Source: Myxococcota bacterium
Lineage (GTDB): Bacteria > Myxococcota_A > UBA9160 > UBA6930
Assembly: GCA_965223705.1 (NCBI GenBank)
Contig: OZ245015.1
Span: 96,001-160,000 of the forward strand
Length of the DNA: 64,000 nt
Direction of reading: 5' to 3'
The notes under the pieces are model-generated. The model saw nothing but the letters and a program-made list of their open reading frames with translations, was not told the DNA's origin and did not search any database. Position numbers and translations under genes: made by a program. Positions 46,423 to 55,660 of the stretch are shown here, piece after piece. How positions within the stretch are numbered: the first letter of the stretch is position 1; every line of letters begins with the position of its first letter.

Positions 46423-49400
46423 GTGACTTACCGCTTCGGAGACTTCGAGCTCGACGCCGCGAAAGGCGAGCTGCGCAAAGCGGGCCGTCGCGTTGCCCTC
46501 CAGCCGAAGCCCCTCGCGTTGTTGATCCTCCTGGTCGCTGAGCGCCACCGGGTCGTCCCGACGGACGAGCTCCTCGACGCGCTCTGGCCGGGCGAGACCG
46601 TCACGCCGAGCTCTCTGGCCCGGGCGGTGAGCGTCGCGCGCGCCGCGATCGACGACACGGGCCGCGGAGCGCGCCTGCGAAGCTACACCCGCCGCGGTTA
46701 CCGCTTCGTCGACCGCGTGGCGGAATTGCCCGCCGGCAGTGATTCCCCAGACGCCGGGGCCTCCGATGTGGACGCCAGCGGGATCCCGTTGATCGGCCGA
46801 GCGCTGCCACTGGCCACGTTGTCGGCGGCTTGGGATCGCGCCGTGCGCGGACAGGGGGGCGTGGTGCTCATCAGCGGCCGCGCCGGGATCGGAAAGACCC
46901 GCCTCGCGGATTCGTTCGCCCGTCGGGTGGAGCGCGACGAAGGCACGGTGCTGCGGGGGCGCGCGCTCGAAGCGGACGGCGAGCCGCCTTTTTGGGTGTG
47001 GGCGCAGGTCTTGCGGGCGCTTCATCGAGTCGATCCCGAGCGGTTGGAGGAGCCGGGACTGGCCGACAGCGGCGAGCTCGCTGCATTGCTTCCGGAGTTG
47101 CGTCAGAAGACCGCTTCGGTGGCGGCGAACCTTCCCGAGAAGCAGCGCCGCTTCGTGTTTTTTGACGCCGTCGCGCGCACGCTTCAAGCCGCGTCCCAGC
47201 ATCGGCCCGTGCTGGTCGTGTTCGAAGATCTCCACTGGGCGGATCCGGCCTCACTGCGTTTGCTCGAGCACATCGCGTTTGACATCGCTACGAGCTCGCT
47301 GCTCCTCGTCGTGACCGCGCGGGAGGAAGCGGAATCGACGGCAGAAGCGTCCCACGCCCTAGCGGCGCTCCGTCGACAAGACCACTTCGAGAGCGTCGCC
47401 CTGGAAGGCCTGTCCGCCACAGAACTCACCGAGTGGGTGCGACAGTGGACGGGCAAGCCCTCTCAAGACTTGGCGGAGCGCCTCTATGAGCGAACCGGTG
47501 GCGTGCCGCTCTTCGTGCGCGAAGCCGTCCGCAGAATCGATGGGGAACGCGCTCTCTCCGATCCGGGAAATCTCGGCGAGGATTTACCCGCCGTCGAGAT
47601 CGACTGGGTGAAAGAAGCGTTCGCGCAACTCTCGAAGGAGTGCGGCGTGTGTCTCGGAGCGGCCTCGGTCGTCGGGCGAGAGTTTTCCCTTCCGCTCCTT
47701 TCCGATATTTGTGCCACCGCTCGCGGCGATGTGCTCGACGTGCTGGACGAAGCGATCGATCGCGGACTCATCCAAAATGATTCGAGCTCTCCGACCGATT
47801 ACCGGTTCGCGCACGATCTCTTTCGCGAAGCCGCTTACGAAGCGCTGACTCCGGGAGCTCGTGCGCGCTGGCATCAGGGCGTCGCTCTGGTTTTGGAGCG
47901 GCGCCACGCCGGAGAAATCGAACGCGTCGTTTCCGAGCTCGCGTTCCATCGCTACCGCGCGCTCGCACTCGGCGACGCCGAATCTTGTTTCCGTTACGCG
48001 ACTCGGGCGGCGGAGCTCGCGGTCGAGTCGCGTGCCTACGAACAAGCGGTGCGCCACTGGACGTGGGCGCTCGAGGCGTTGGAGCAACTGGAGGAGGGAG
48101 ATCCCAATCGCCGTTTGAGGAGTCTCCTCGGCCTGGGAGACGCCGTGCGTCTGGCAGGTGATCGCGAGAGCCGCCGCGAAATCCTGGGCGAGGCGATGGT
48201 ACTCGCGCGTAAGCTCGATCGGAACGTGGAGTTCGCGACGGCAGCACTCGGCTTGTGTGATTTGACCGAGTGGGCCGTACGCGACGACGTTGCGCGAGAC
48301 GCGCTGCTCGAGGCGGCCGAGCGCATCGATCCTTCCGATACCGAGCTGAAAGCGCGCATTCTCACCCGGCTCGGTTATCTCAACTCGATCTCCAATCGCC
48401 CCGCTGCGGAAGAGCATCTGCGCACCGCGGTCGCCATCGCGCGAGACCTCGGTGCCTCGGACCCTTTGGAAGAAGCGCTCTACGCCCTCCACCTCATGTT
48501 GGGAGGACCCGACGACAAGCCGGAGCGCGTCTCGATTCTCGAAGAGTTGCGCGGTGCGGCGACGGCGGCCCGCGACCCGGTCGCCTCGGTGATCGCGGTG
48601 CTCGATGTCGCGTGCGATTCACTCGAGGTCGGAGACCGCGCGAAAGCCGACGCCCTCCGCCGCGAAGCGGACGAAACCGCGGGGAAACCGGCGCATCCGC
48701 TGACGCTTTGGCATCGCCAGGTCTACGACACGGGTTTGGCGCTCATGGAAGGCCGTTTCTCGGAAGTGAAGGAACGCGCGTCCGTGGCACGAAAGCTCGG
48801 GCAACGAATGCAACATCCCTACGCCCTCGCTTGCTATGCCGGTCAGTTGTCGCAGCTCGGTGTGGAGTGCGGCGCGGCGGATGACGTCCTCGCGCTCCTC
48901 GAGCCGGTTCTCGATCCGCGCGACGGTCCCGGCCACTGGGTCAAGGCGCGGGTCGCTCGGATGCGATTTGCCGTCGGTCGAGAAGAGGAAGCACGCTCAC
49001 TGTTTCGGGACGTGTTCGATGAAGGATTCGAGCAGATTCCGCGCAATCTCCGGTGGATCACGACCATGGTCGAGTTGGTGCACTGCGCGGCAGACCTCGA
49101 AGATGCGGAAGCCGCTCTCGCGCTTCGCGAATTGATCCAGCCCTTCGAGACTCACCACAGCGTGTTGCCCATGGTCATCTGTTACGGAGGTCCGGTCACG
49201 TGGGCACTGGGCAGAATCAGTGAGCTCAACGCAGACCCCGACGAAGCGCTGCGCTACTACCGAGACGCCCTCCGCTCGAGCATCCAACTGAGGGCGCGGC
49301 CCAGCGAGGCGGCGGTACATCTCTCGATCGGGCACCTGCTGAAACGCCGAGGCCCTCCGGCCGAAGCACGCGAGCACCTAGAAATCGGGGGCGCGCTGGC

Positions 49401-49464
49401 TGGTGATCTCGGGATGCGCAGCGTTGCGGCCGCGGCTTCGGACGCCCTTCGCGGGCTCGCCTGA
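46423..49464 (+). CDS. OmpR/CadC-type winged-helix + AAA (STAND) ATPase + TPR transcriptional regulator
   Basis: YRFGDFELD...LQPK...LW...RRGYRF wHTH; GRAGIGKT; FEDLHWAD; GGVPLFV; FAHDL. Confidence 0.92.
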   Translation: MTYRFGDFELDAAKGELRKAGRRVALQPKPLALLILLVAERHRVVPTDELLDALWPGETVTPSSLARAVSVARAAIDDTGRGARLRSYTRRGYRFVDRVAELPAGSDSPDAGASDVDASGIPLIGRALPLATLSAAWDRAVRGQGGVVLISGRAGIGKTRLADSFARRVERDEGTVLRGRALEADGEPPFWVWAQVLRALHRVDPERLEEPGLADSGELAALLPELRQKTASVAANLPEKQRRFVFFDAVARTLQAASQHRPVLVVFEDLHWADPASLRLLEHIAFDIATSSLLLVVTAREEAESTAEASHALAALRRQDHFESVALEGLSATELTEWVRQWTGKPSQDLAERLYERTGGVPLFVREAVRRIDGERALSDPGNLGEDLPAVEIDWVKEAFAQLSKECGVCLGAASVVGREFSLPLLSDICATARGDVLDVLDEAIDRGLIQNDSSSPTDYRFAHDLFREAAYEALTPGARARWHQGVALVLERRHAGEIERVVSELAFHRYRALALGDAESCFRYATRAAELAVESRAYEQAVRHWTWALEALEQLEEGDPNRRLRSLLGLGDAVRLAGDRESRREILGEAMVLARKLDRNVEFATAALGLCDLTEWAVRDDVARDALLEAAERIDPSDTELKARILTRLGYLNSISNRPAAEEHLRTAVAIARDLGASDPLEEALYALHLMLGGPDDKPERVSILEELRGAATAARDPVASVIAVLDVACDSLEVGDRAKADALRREADETAGKPAHPLTLWHRQVYDTGLALMEGRFSEVKERASVARKLGQRMQHPYALACYAGQLSQLGVECGAADDVLALLEPVLDPRDGPGHWVKARVARMRFAVGREEEARSLFRDVFDEGFEQIPRNLRWITTMVELVHCAADLEDAEAALALRELIQPFETHHSVLPMVICYGGPVTWALGRISELNADPDEALRYYRDALRSSIQLRARPSEAAVHLSIGHLLKRRGPPAEAREHLEIGGALAGDLGMRSVAAAASDALRGLA

Positions 49465-49465
49465 C

Positions 49466-50428
49466 ATGGAAGAACTCATCACCCACGCGTTGGAACTGAT
49501 CGCCGCTCACGGCTACTTGATCGTATTCGTGTGGATGTTCGCAGACCAGGTAGCACTACCTCTTCCTTCCGCACCTGTGCTCATCGCGGCGGGCATCGTG
49601 GCGGCGACCGGTGCGCTCGACGTTTTCGCCGTCGTCGTCGTCGCGTCGGCGGCGACACTGCTGGCGGATATTCTCTGGTATCTCCTCGGTCGACGCGGCG
49701 GTGCGCGGGCGGTCGACCTCATCTGCCGCCTGTCTCTCGAGCCCGACAGTTGTGTCACGACGACGCGAAACGCTTTCGGTCGCTTCGGACCGGCGACGCT
49801 GGTGATCGCGAAGTTCATTCCCGGCGTTCAAACCTTGGCCCCTGCGTCGGCCGGATTCGCACGAGCGCCGTGGCCCGGGTTCCTCTTTCTCGACCTCGTG
49901 GGCACGCTCCTATTCGTCACGCCATTCATCGGAGTGGGCTTCTTCTTCCAGGCGCAAATCGCGGAACTCGCGAATCGACTCGCCGCGATTTCCGGAGCCG
50001 CGACCTTGGGTGTCCTCGCGGTCGCTTCGCTCTACCTGGGGATCAAGGTGCTGCGCTGGGTCGTGTTCTTTCGAGGTCACCGGTTGCGGCGCCTTAGCGC
50101 GGAGCAACTGAACGATCGCCTTCAATCGGGTACGGCCACGACAATCATCGATCTACGTCAACGCTTCGACTACGACCTGCTGCCGCGCGTCATTCCCACG
50201 GCGCGGCGAATCCCGATCGACGAAATACCGCACCGACACCACGAGATTCCGCGAGAGCACGACATCATCCTCGTCTGTACCTGACCGAGCGAAGCTTCGA
50301 GCGCTCGGGTAGCGCTCTTCCTTCAGAAACACGGAGTTCGTCGCGTGTTTCCCTTGGCCGGCGGAATGGGCGCCTGGGTCGGGCACGGTTTCCCAACCGA
50401 GCCGGTCGACCGCGAGGGATCGCCTTAG
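49466..50428 (+). CDS. DedA/VTT + rhodanese fusion, predicted selenoprotein (Sec273 at TGA 50282-50284)
   Basis: DedA motifs (PLPS, AKFIPG); rhodanese IIDLR...IILVCT-TGA-PSEASSARVA...PLAGGMGAW continues in frame to TAG 50426-50428; SECIS-like hairpin follows. Confidence 0.88.
50291..50320 (+). promoter_or_regulatory. Bacterial SECIS-like hairpin
   Basis: GAGCGCT-CGGGT-AGCGCTC perfect 7-bp stem (50299-50317); loop starts 21 nt after the TGA and has G at position 2. Confidence 0.75.
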
Positions 50429-51171
50429 CGCTGCGGGGGGACCTGCAGAACGAGGCACACGTACCCGTAGTCGTCTCCGCACGCTTCGTAGGTCTCCCGC
50501 TCGCGCCGTGTGGTGTCGTAGATTTCGAGCTCGCCGTGCTGTCGGATCGCCCTGCGCAGGGGCGCTTCGAGACCGGCGTAGTAAGCGTGCCAGTCGTCGG
50601 CCGGGAGCCGGAACGAGCTCAGCAGGTCGTAGTGCGCGCGCCGGGCATCGTCGATGCGCGTCGCCTCGTCTCGGATGTCGGGGTACTCGTTCGCGAAGAA
50701 GGCGCTCGCGCGCTCGTCGGGATGGGCCACGAACCAGACGAGTTCGGTCAACACCAAGCATCCACCGGGGCGAAGCAGTGGACGCCAAAGCCGCAACGCG
50801 TCCTCGAAGCCAATCGAGTACGCACTGCCCTCGGCCCACAATAAATCGAAGTCGCTGCCGAGCGTGTGAGCTTCGGCCATATCGACGGAAACGGTCGTGA
50901 CGCGATCTAGGAGTCCCCGCTCCGCAGCCTGGGCTCGCAACGTCGCGAGGAACGGCGGGTGGATATCCACCGCCGTGACCTCGGCGCCGGTATCTTCGCA
51001 CAGCACGAGGGTCGAGCCTCCGGTTCCGCAACCCAGGTCGAGTACGCGCTCGATCCGCAGCGACTTGGGCAACAGGTCGAGCGCGCGACGGGTCGTGGCG
51101 GCGCTGCCAGGGGCTTGCCTCGGCGTGTCCTCGAACAACTCGAACAAGCGTGTCAGATCATCGGCTCGCAC
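50425..51171 (-). CDS. Class I SAM-dependent methyltransferase
   Basis: PRQAPGS, VLDLGCGTG, FDLLWAEG, LRPGG. Confidence 0.92.
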   Translation of the reverse strand: MRADDLTRLFELFEDTPRQAPGSAATTRRALDLLPKSLRIERVLDLGCGTGGSTLVLCEDTGAEVTAVDIHPPFLATLRAQAAERGLLDRVTTVSVDMAEAHTLGSDFDLLWAEGSAYSIGFEDALRLWRPLLRPGGCLVLTELVWFVAHPDERASAFFANEYPDIRDEATRIDDARRAHYDLLSSFRLPADDWHAYYAGLEAPLRRAIRQHGELEIYDTTRRERETYEACGDDYGYVCLVLQVPPQR

Positions 51172-51192
51172 AGAGGGGCGTTGGAACGCGGC

Positions 51193-52335
51193 TCAGACGT
51201 TCATGTCGAGACGGTGGTAGTCGTGCAACCTCTCGAGCATCGAACTCTTCCAGTTGTGGTGTTCGCCAGCGTCAGCGAACGGTCGGTAGACAAATGCCGT
51301 CTCGTCGGGAAAGCGTTGTCGCCGTGCATCGATGGCGTACCCGATCACCTTCGAGCGTTCGCGGATGTGGTCCTCGGTGTAGACGACTTTCTCGCCGACG
51401 ATCCCTCCGCCTTCCACGCCCAGGACGGACGCGCGCGGAAGGCAGCCGATGTTGACCGTCACCCGCCAGTCGTCGCTGGTATTTGCAAACGAGCCGTGCA
51501 GCAACTGGCGGTTGCTGATCACGGTATCGCCCGGGTTGCACACCATCGGAACCGCCTCGGGCAAGCGCTCCGTCCCTGCGGCCGCCACGCGCGCCTTGAT
51601 GTCGATGCGTCCTTCCTTGTGGGAGCCCGGAACGACCCAAACACCGTTCGCCGGAGTGCAACCGAAGACCTGGCCCATCAGGTTGAAGCCGTGCGAGCCT
51701 TGATTCCAGGTCGGGCTGTTCCAGTGGGTGACGCCGTCCTGGTGCCAGGCGACGGAAGCACCGAGGCCTGGCGCTTTGATGAACAGTGCGTCGGTGTAGG
51801 GAACGAAGTCGTCGCCGTTCACGGCAGCCGAAACGGCAAGCAGATCCGGATGGGCGTACGCGCGCAGGCACGCCTCTGAAAACTGAAGGGCGCCGATGAT
51901 CAGATAGACGATCTCTTTCGGTGCCTCCTCGCTCGGAGCGGGCTCGAACATCTTCACGGGATGGCGCCCCTTGCCAAATGAAGTGCCTCCGAAAGGGTCG
52001 CCCAGCGGCTTTGACCAGAACACGGTTCGCGCCTTACATGTGGCGCCCAGTGCCGGGCGCCCCTTGTGGTCCAACGCGGCACCTTCATGTGTCGGAAGAC
52101 GATCCATGATCGCGTTGAGATCCGCCTCGATGTCCGACAGCTCCTCACCTGAGAACACGTTCTCAAACACGTAGAAGCCGTATCGCCAATACGCGTCGAG
52201 AATGTCGTCCGCGATTCGTCCGTCGACATAGCGAATGGGGCCACGGTTGTTGAGGGCTAGTGCGCGTTCGCGGCCTTCGGCCAGGTAGGTCTGCATCTCA
52301 TCTTCTTGGGCGCCATAGTCTGCGCGGAATCGCAT
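51193..52335 (-). CDS. Phytanoyl-CoA dioxygenase (PhyH) family Fe(II)/2-oxoglutarate dioxygenase
   Basis: K.PG.G..VAWHQD, VVPGSH, LLHGS...R; GGAGG RBS. Confidence 0.92.
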   Translation of the reverse strand: MRFRADYGAQEDEMQTYLAEGRERALALNNRGPIRYVDGRIADDILDAYWRYGFYVFENVFSGEELSDIEADLNAIMDRLPTHEGAALDHKGRPALGATCKARTVFWSKPLGDPFGGTSFGKGRHPVKMFEPAPSEEAPKEIVYLIIGALQFSEACLRAYAHPDLLAVSAAVNGDDFVPYTDALFIKAPGLGASVAWHQDGVTHWNSPTWNQGSHGFNLMGQVFGCTPANGVWVVPGSHKEGRIDIKARVAAAGTERLPEAVPMVCNPGDTVISNRQLLHGSFANTSDDWRVTVNIGCLPRASVLGVEGGGIVGEKVVYTEDHIRERSKVIGYAIDARRQRFPDETAFVYRPFADAGEHHNWKSSMLERLHDYHRLDMNV

Positions 52336-52358
52336 CGTCGTGCCCTCCGAACGTGCGG

Positions 52359-52802
52359 CTAGTTCGACGATTCTAGGACCGTCCGCCGCATCAGGACAGC
52401 CGAGAGCGAACACAAGTTCGAGAACTCATCGGAAGAAGCGATCTCCGGCGGTGCTTCAGCTCGAGGGACCGCGGCAAAGTTGCGCTGGGTAAAGAAGCGC
52501 TCTGCCGTCTCCGTGAGCAGATAGAGCTCTCGGATGTCGCTTTCCGCGGCCTCTCGTTCGAGCCGATCGCACATGGCAGCCGCCAATCCGCGGCGCCGGT
52601 ACGCGGGTTTCACAGCGAGCGATCGGAGCAGCGCATGCGGACGGCGAATCTCGAGCCCGCCGACCCCTACAATCGATCCATCCGACTCGGACACGACGAA
52701 AGATCCGAGGTTTTCGGAGACTCCCTCGAGCGGCAAGTCCGCTTCGCTGAGAATCGCGAGCACCTCCGGGAGATCCGCTTGTCTCGCTCTTCGCAACGTC
52801 AT
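52359..52802 (-). CDS. GNAT acetyltransferase, ArsN2-like
   Basis: ALLRSLAV....RRGLA, LYLLTETAERFF, EF..LC..SA.LM C-terminal Cys motif. Confidence 0.82.
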   Translation of the reverse strand: MTLRRARQADLPEVLAILSEADLPLEGVSENLGSFVVSESDGSIVGVGGLEIRRPHALLRSLAVKPAYRRRGLAAAMCDRLEREAAESDIRELYLLTETAERFFTQRNFAAVPRAEAPPEIASSDEFSNLCSLSAVLMRRTVLESSN

Positions 52803-52949
52803 CTCGAACGCGTTCCCATGTAACCGAAAGCAGACCGTTCGAAGTCTTCGCAAACTTCGCGGCACCGGGAAATGATGCCAGTTTTCCCAGCGAGAGGACA
52901 AAAGTCGCCGCGGACGTTACCCATTACGTCGGCTCAAGTCGGGGGTACC

Positions 52950-53777
52950 ATGGAGTTCGAGGCCATCTACGCGAAACTTGAAGAGGCGCTCATCGCCTGG
53001 GGGCCCAGCGTGGTCGCGGGCCTCGCAATCCTCTTCTTTGGCTGGGTCGGCTCCAAGCTCGCGCGTGCGTTGGCGACACGGCTCATGCGTCGCGGCGGCG
53101 TCAACGAAACCCTGGTGCGCTTCAGCGGAAGCATCTTCTACGGCGCCGCCATGTCCCTCGTGGTCATCGCTGCCCTGGGCAAGTTCGGTGTCAACACCAC
53201 TTCCTTTGCGGCGGTCATCGCGGCCGCGGGCCTGGCCATCGGCCTCGCGTTTCAGGATTCGCTGTCGAACTTCGCTGCGGGGGTGCTGCTGATCGTGTTT
53301 CGCCCCTTTCAAGCCGGCGACTACATCGAAGCGGGCGGCGTCGCGGGCACGGTCCAGGAGATCGAGCTCTTCACCACGGTCTTGAACACGCCCGATAACC
53401 GGCGTGTCATCGTCCCGAACGCGCAAATCGGGAAAGATTCCATCACGAACTACTCCGCGAACGACCTGCGCCGCGTCGATCTCGTCTTCGGCATCAGCTA
53501 CGACGACGACATGCGCGAGGCGAAACGAATTCTCGAAAACCTCATCGCGGGAAACGATCGGGTGCTTTCGGATCCAAAGCCGACCATCGCCGTGTCCGAG
53601 CTAGCGGACAGCAGCGTGAACTTGGTTTGCCGCCCGTGGGTCAAGACGGGGGACTACTGGGCCGTCTTCTTCGAGCTCACCGAAGAGGCGAAACGCGCGT
53701 TCGATGCGGCGGGCCTTTCGATTCCGTTTCCCCAGTCCGATGTCCACCTTCACGCCGTCGGAAGCGATGCCGCCTAG
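52950..53777 (+). CDS. mscS: Small-conductance mechanosensitive channel MscS
   Basis: GLAIGLAFQDSLSNFAAG, RPFQAGD, IVPN, IPFPQ. Confidence 0.94.
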   Translation: MEFEAIYAKLEEALIAWGPSVVAGLAILFFGWVGSKLARALATRLMRRGGVNETLVRFSGSIFYGAAMSLVVIAALGKFGVNTTSFAAVIAAAGLAIGLAFQDSLSNFAAGVLLIVFRPFQAGDYIEAGGVAGTVQEIELFTTVLNTPDNRRVIVPNAQIGKDSITNYSANDLRRVDLVFGISYDDDMREAKRILENLIAGNDRVLSDPKPTIAVSELADSSVNLVCRPWVKTGDYWAVFFELTEEAKRAFDAAGLSIPFPQSDVHLHAVGSDAA

Positions 53778-54607
53778 CTCTGCTGCTTTCCCGTCTTCGG
53801 GTCGGGGTCGCTGATCTTGAAGCTCGACTCGAGATCGTAGATCGTCAGGATCTTCTCTCCCCACTCGTGGGGTAGATCTTCGATCGTTCCGGCTTTGGTT
53901 TCCTCTGCAGCAACCTCGAGCGCGCGCAACAAGATCTGACGCTGAAGCGCCCGCTCCCCCGGACGCCCGAAAGGGTTGCCCATCGGATGGTTGACGAATA
54001 GCGAGCGCGGCGGACGCACGCGGGCCGTGATGTCGCGCCCCGTCGAAACGTTTACCGTGACGATTCCATGCTCTTCAACGACTCTCGAAACCAGACCGAC
54101 CGTCTGGTGATCGAGAGGTCACGCAGGAACGAGGACGAAGATATCGACCCCGTCTTTCCGGAGTTCCTGTGCCAGGCGCGGCGCCGCTTCCTCGATGACA
54201 TGGCCGCGCTTGTAGATGCGGCCCATGAAGCCACTCCACAGGCGGTCCGCGACCCGCCCGATCACTCCTTCAGCCGCGAGCTCTCGCAGCCGCTCGATGG
54301 GGAAGATCACGTTCAGGTCTTTCTCGCCGTCACGCGTATCGTAGTAGTCGTCGTTGATCGTGAATTCGCCCGCCCCGGCCTGCGGATCGATCTCGTCGAG
54401 GCGGAAATCGTTCTTCGCGATGGGGTTGAACGGCTCGCGACTCTCGTGCGCGATCCCGCCGCTCGTCAGCAGTGAGACCGTGCACTCAGAAAGGGGTTTG
54501 CGCAGCGGTGTGAGCGGCGCGTCGTCGTACTCCGACCAATCGTAGGGCGGATACCCTTTCGATTGGTAGCGGCCATCAATGAGGTCGATGTAGCGGATGG
54601 GTTTCAT
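53774..54607 (-). CDS. Glycine/sarcosine/betaine/D-proline reductase selenoprotein B-like protein (GrdB/PrdB family), Sec163 at TGA 54119-54121
   Basis: PL.KPLSE..V.L.TSGG, D.NVIFP..RLREL, DGVD..VLVPA-TGA-PLDHQTVGL..R.VE..GI.TV...VRPPR..F...P.G.P.G joins ORFs 54119..54634 and 53774..54019 in one frame; GAGGAG RBS. Confidence 0.9.
54082..54117 (-). promoter_or_regulatory. Bacterial SECIS-like hairpin
   Basis: Minus strand CTCTCGA-TC-ACCAGAC-GGTCG-GTCTGGT-T-TCGAGAG beginning 1 nt after the TGA; loop starts with GG, 17 nt downstream. Confidence 0.8.
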
Positions 54608-54665
54608 CGGGTTCTCCTCGCTGAACGATACCATCCTCGGCCGCCCGCCCGGTAGACTGGAGCGT

Positions 54666-55073
54666 GTGGTGCGCGTACTCGTCCTGCGGCCGGGAGGCCC
54701 GGGCCTTCATGACTTCACCCGAGAGGTGGAGGAGCTCGTTCGGAGCGCCGGCGTGGAAGAGGGCCTGTGCACCCTATTTGTCCGGCATACGTCCGCGAGT
54801 CTGACGATCCAGGAGAACGCGGATTCCGCTGTGCAACGCGACCTCGAGGCGTGGCTGGCACGCCTGGTGCCCGAGAACGACGCCCTCTTCACGCACACGT
54901 CCGAAGGGCCGGACGACATGCCCGCACATATCAAGGCAGCGCTCACGGCGACATCTCTCTCGATCCCCATTTCCGGTGGTCGCCTCGCCCTGGGGACATG
55001 GCAGGGGATCTATCTATGGGAGCACCGCCAGGCGCACGGCAGCCGCGAAGTCGTGGTACACGTCGGCGCGTAG
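54666..55073 (+). CDS. yjbQ: YjbQ/UPF0047 family protein
   Basis: HTSASLTIQENAD, EGPDDMPAHIK, LGTWQGIYLWEH. Confidence 0.93.
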   Translation: MVRVLVLRPGGPGLHDFTREVEELVRSAGVEEGLCTLFVRHTSASLTIQENADSAVQRDLEAWLARLVPENDALFTHTSEGPDDMPAHIKAALTATSLSIPISGGRLALGTWQGIYLWEHRQAHGSREVVVHVGA

Positions 55074-55085
55074 GGCGGCGGCAGC

Positions 55086-55658
55086 CTAATCGTCCTCGTC
55101 CGTCCGCCGGAACTCTACCCAGAAGAGTCCTCGAAAATCTCCGATGGCGTAGCCCGTGGCCTCGTCCTGGGGATACAGGGCGTGAAGACGATCGCGGACC
55201 CCCGGCGCAACCGCTTCGCCGTGGCACGTGAGGCAAAGAGGCGCCATGTAGATCGGCTCGACGTATCCCATCGAATCCGGCCCGGTGGCTACGACGCGGT
55301 GCTCGATCTCCCCCGGCGAGGCCGCGAGAAACTCATCGAGAAGCGGTGCCATCCACAGCTCGGGGGCGTTCTGCGGGTTGCGAAGTCGTCGGCTGGTGCG
55401 CCCCATGTGAAGGGTCGTGGTTGCAAGAGACGACGCGATCTCGGGTGCTTCTTGCCGACACGCGGTGACAGCTTCCGCCGGACCCTTTTCGAGCCCGGCG
55501 TGGAGCGCTGCCATGAGCTTCTTCTTGAATGGGCCGAGCGCTTCTTGCGCGGCGACAACGACCTCCCCTTCCGCGGCAGGCGCCGCACCTGGCGAGCCCG
55601 CCCCGACGAGAATCGAGACCATCGCGAGTGCGACCAACCACCGACGGCGCTGCGACAT
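55086..55658 (-). CDS. DUF3365/Tll0287-like c-type heme protein
   Basis: Signal peptide, distal C, RNPQNAP, CLTCH, YPQDEATGY..GDFRG. Confidence 0.88.
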   Translation of the reverse strand: MSQRRRWLVALAMVSILVGAGSPGAAPAAEGEVVVAAQEALGPFKKKLMAALHAGLEKGPAEAVTACRQEAPEIASSLATTTLHMGRTSRRLRNPQNAPELWMAPLLDEFLAASPGEIEHRVVATGPDSMGYVEPIYMAPLCLTCHGEAVAPGVRDRLHALYPQDEATGYAIGDFRGLFWVEFRRTDEDD

Positions 55659-55660
55659 CG

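Noticed and set aside
49466..50284. DedA-rhodanese as a pseudogene or truncated gene
   Set aside because: The TGA sits at the Cys-equivalent position, is followed by a SECIS-like hairpin, and the downstream frame is intact.
53774..54019. Separate 81-aa gene
   Set aside because: It is the in-frame C-terminal part of the GrdB/PrdB-like protein after Sec read-through.
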